Positions 51,206 to 51,956 of a stretch of 51,956 nucleotides of DNA are shown here, piece after piece (positions within the stretch are counted from its first letter, which is position 1; each line of letters starts with the position of its first letter). The position numbers and the translations under genes are program-made. Origin of the DNA: Candidatus Micrarchaeia archaeon. GTDB taxonomy: Archaea; Micrarchaeota; Micrarchaeia; Anstonellales; J096. The notes under the pieces are model-generated. The model was not told the origin of the DNA. It saw only the letters and a program-made list of their open reading frames with translations, and ran no database searches. The stretch lies in contig JBGQMB010000002.1 in assembly GCA_041500405.1 (NCBI GenBank), forward strand, positions 1 through 51,956, given 5' to 3'.

Positions 51206-51956
51206 TGGCATATATTGAGTTCGGGATGTGCGATGCCTCTTCCGGAACGACCAACCTCATTGCCACGCTCGTCATATCCTGCGTAGCCGTGCTCATGCTT
51301 TCCGTGATATTGAGGATGGTCGGGAAGATTACCGGCAACAGGAGGATGGAGCTGTGGGGCAGCAACATGATATACGATATCATAATAACATTCATCATAG
51401 CCGGCGCCATAATTGCCCTTTATTCCGCATTCGGCTCAAGCGCTGTGGGAAGCCCATGGGTGCCGTCCGTTGCAAATGTCAGCAGCAGCGGCGTGTCCAA
51501 GGCGGTGTATTTCGACAGCTCCAAATGCGTCTTTGGCAACGCGATGTCTTTCCTTGCGTCTGCGACCAATTATACGCTGAACGTAGCGAAGCTGTCCATT
51601 TGGGCGAACGGCAACATGGAAACGCTGATAAGCGCGACAAAGACCCAGCCGACGGTGTTTATGGGCTTCGGGTATTATTCCTCGACGCTTGTGGGCCAGC
51701 CCATATACCCGTCAATAGCAAAGGCCAAAGCCATGCTGGGCTCCATAATGAGCATAGCCATAATGTCCTCCCTTACCGCGAACACCGCGCAGGTGTTCCT
51801 TATGAAGATGGTGCTAAGCCCCGCAACGAACCCCATAATGTTCTCGCTCCTGGCGTTCGCCGTGATACTGAGGCCATTGCCCGTTTTCAAGTATTTTGCA
51901 AACAGCGTCATAGCCGTGCTCATATCATTCATGCTGGTCTTCCCGCTCATGGTCAC
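51205..51956 (+). CDS. Polytopic membrane protein, cluster paralog P5 (3'-truncated by the window edge)
   Basis: Not in the supplied ORF track because it has no stop. I translated it by hand: MAYIEFGMCDASSGTTNLIATLVISCVAVLML... with no stop through 51956. TGATG overlap with P4. Block FAVILRPLPVFKYFANSVIAVLISFMLVFPLM. Confidence 0.68.
   Translation, partial: MAYIEFGMCDASSGTTNLIATLVISCVAVLMLSVILRMVGKITGNRRMELWGSNMIYDIIITFIIAGAIIALYSAFGSSAVGSPWVPSVANVSSSGVSKAVYFDSSKCVFGNAMSFLASATNYTLNVAKLSIWANGNMETLISATKTQPTVFMGFGYYSSTLVGQPIYPSIAKAKAMLGSIMSIAIMSSLTANTAQVFLMKMVLSPATNPIMFSLLAFAVILRPLPVFKYFANSVIAVLISFMLVFPLMV

Noticed and set aside
1-51956. A search for CRISPR arrays, rRNA genes, large tandem DNA repeats and integrase or recombinase genes.
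   Set aside because: I saw none by eye. The only DNA-level repeats are the tRNA-Arg duplication and fragment, the ankyrin promoter modules and the two-copy palindromic element.

Overview
About 52 kb of archaeal chromosome. Archaeal markers include archaeal-type TrpRS and ProRS, aEF-1beta, uL11, a KsgA/DUF357 pair, an S-layer protein, NurA and an RPA-like OB-fold protein. A/T-box promoters sit about 26-28 nt upstream of many start codons, which suggests leaderless mRNAs; a few genes (S-layer, alaS, rpl11, EF-1beta) have GGTGA/GAGGTG Shine-Dalgarno sites instead. Most genes are housekeeping: rsmA, trpS, proS, alaS, gyrA, scpAB, pepF, a two-subunit 2-oxoacid:ferredoxin oxidoreductase and an M50 protease. 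I found five tRNA genes (Gln-CUG, Asp-GUC, Arg-CCG, Arg-GCG, Phe-GAA) plus one tRNA 3' fragment, and no rRNA or CRISPR array. The accessory or unusual content is: (1) a five-gene, translationally coupled array of paralogous polytopic membrane proteins that runs off the right edge, which is my best candidate for an undescribed envelope system; (2) three tandem ankyrin-repeat genes bracketed by two near-identical tRNA-Arg genes, each on a tRNA-like promoter, two of them ending in C-V-A-A; (3) a membrane-anchored protein built from four knottin-like C-C-CC-C-C units and three 8-Cys modules; (4) an A+T-rich islet with a triple excisionase-type HTH protein, two unknown genes and a solo TnpB; (5) a compact bacterial-type AlaRS, a surface protein with a T9SS-like C-terminal domain, and a truncated NFACT protein; (6) an A+T-rich left edge with a partial hsdS and a coupled small membrane protein. 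All functional calls come from reading motifs by eye. No database search was run.
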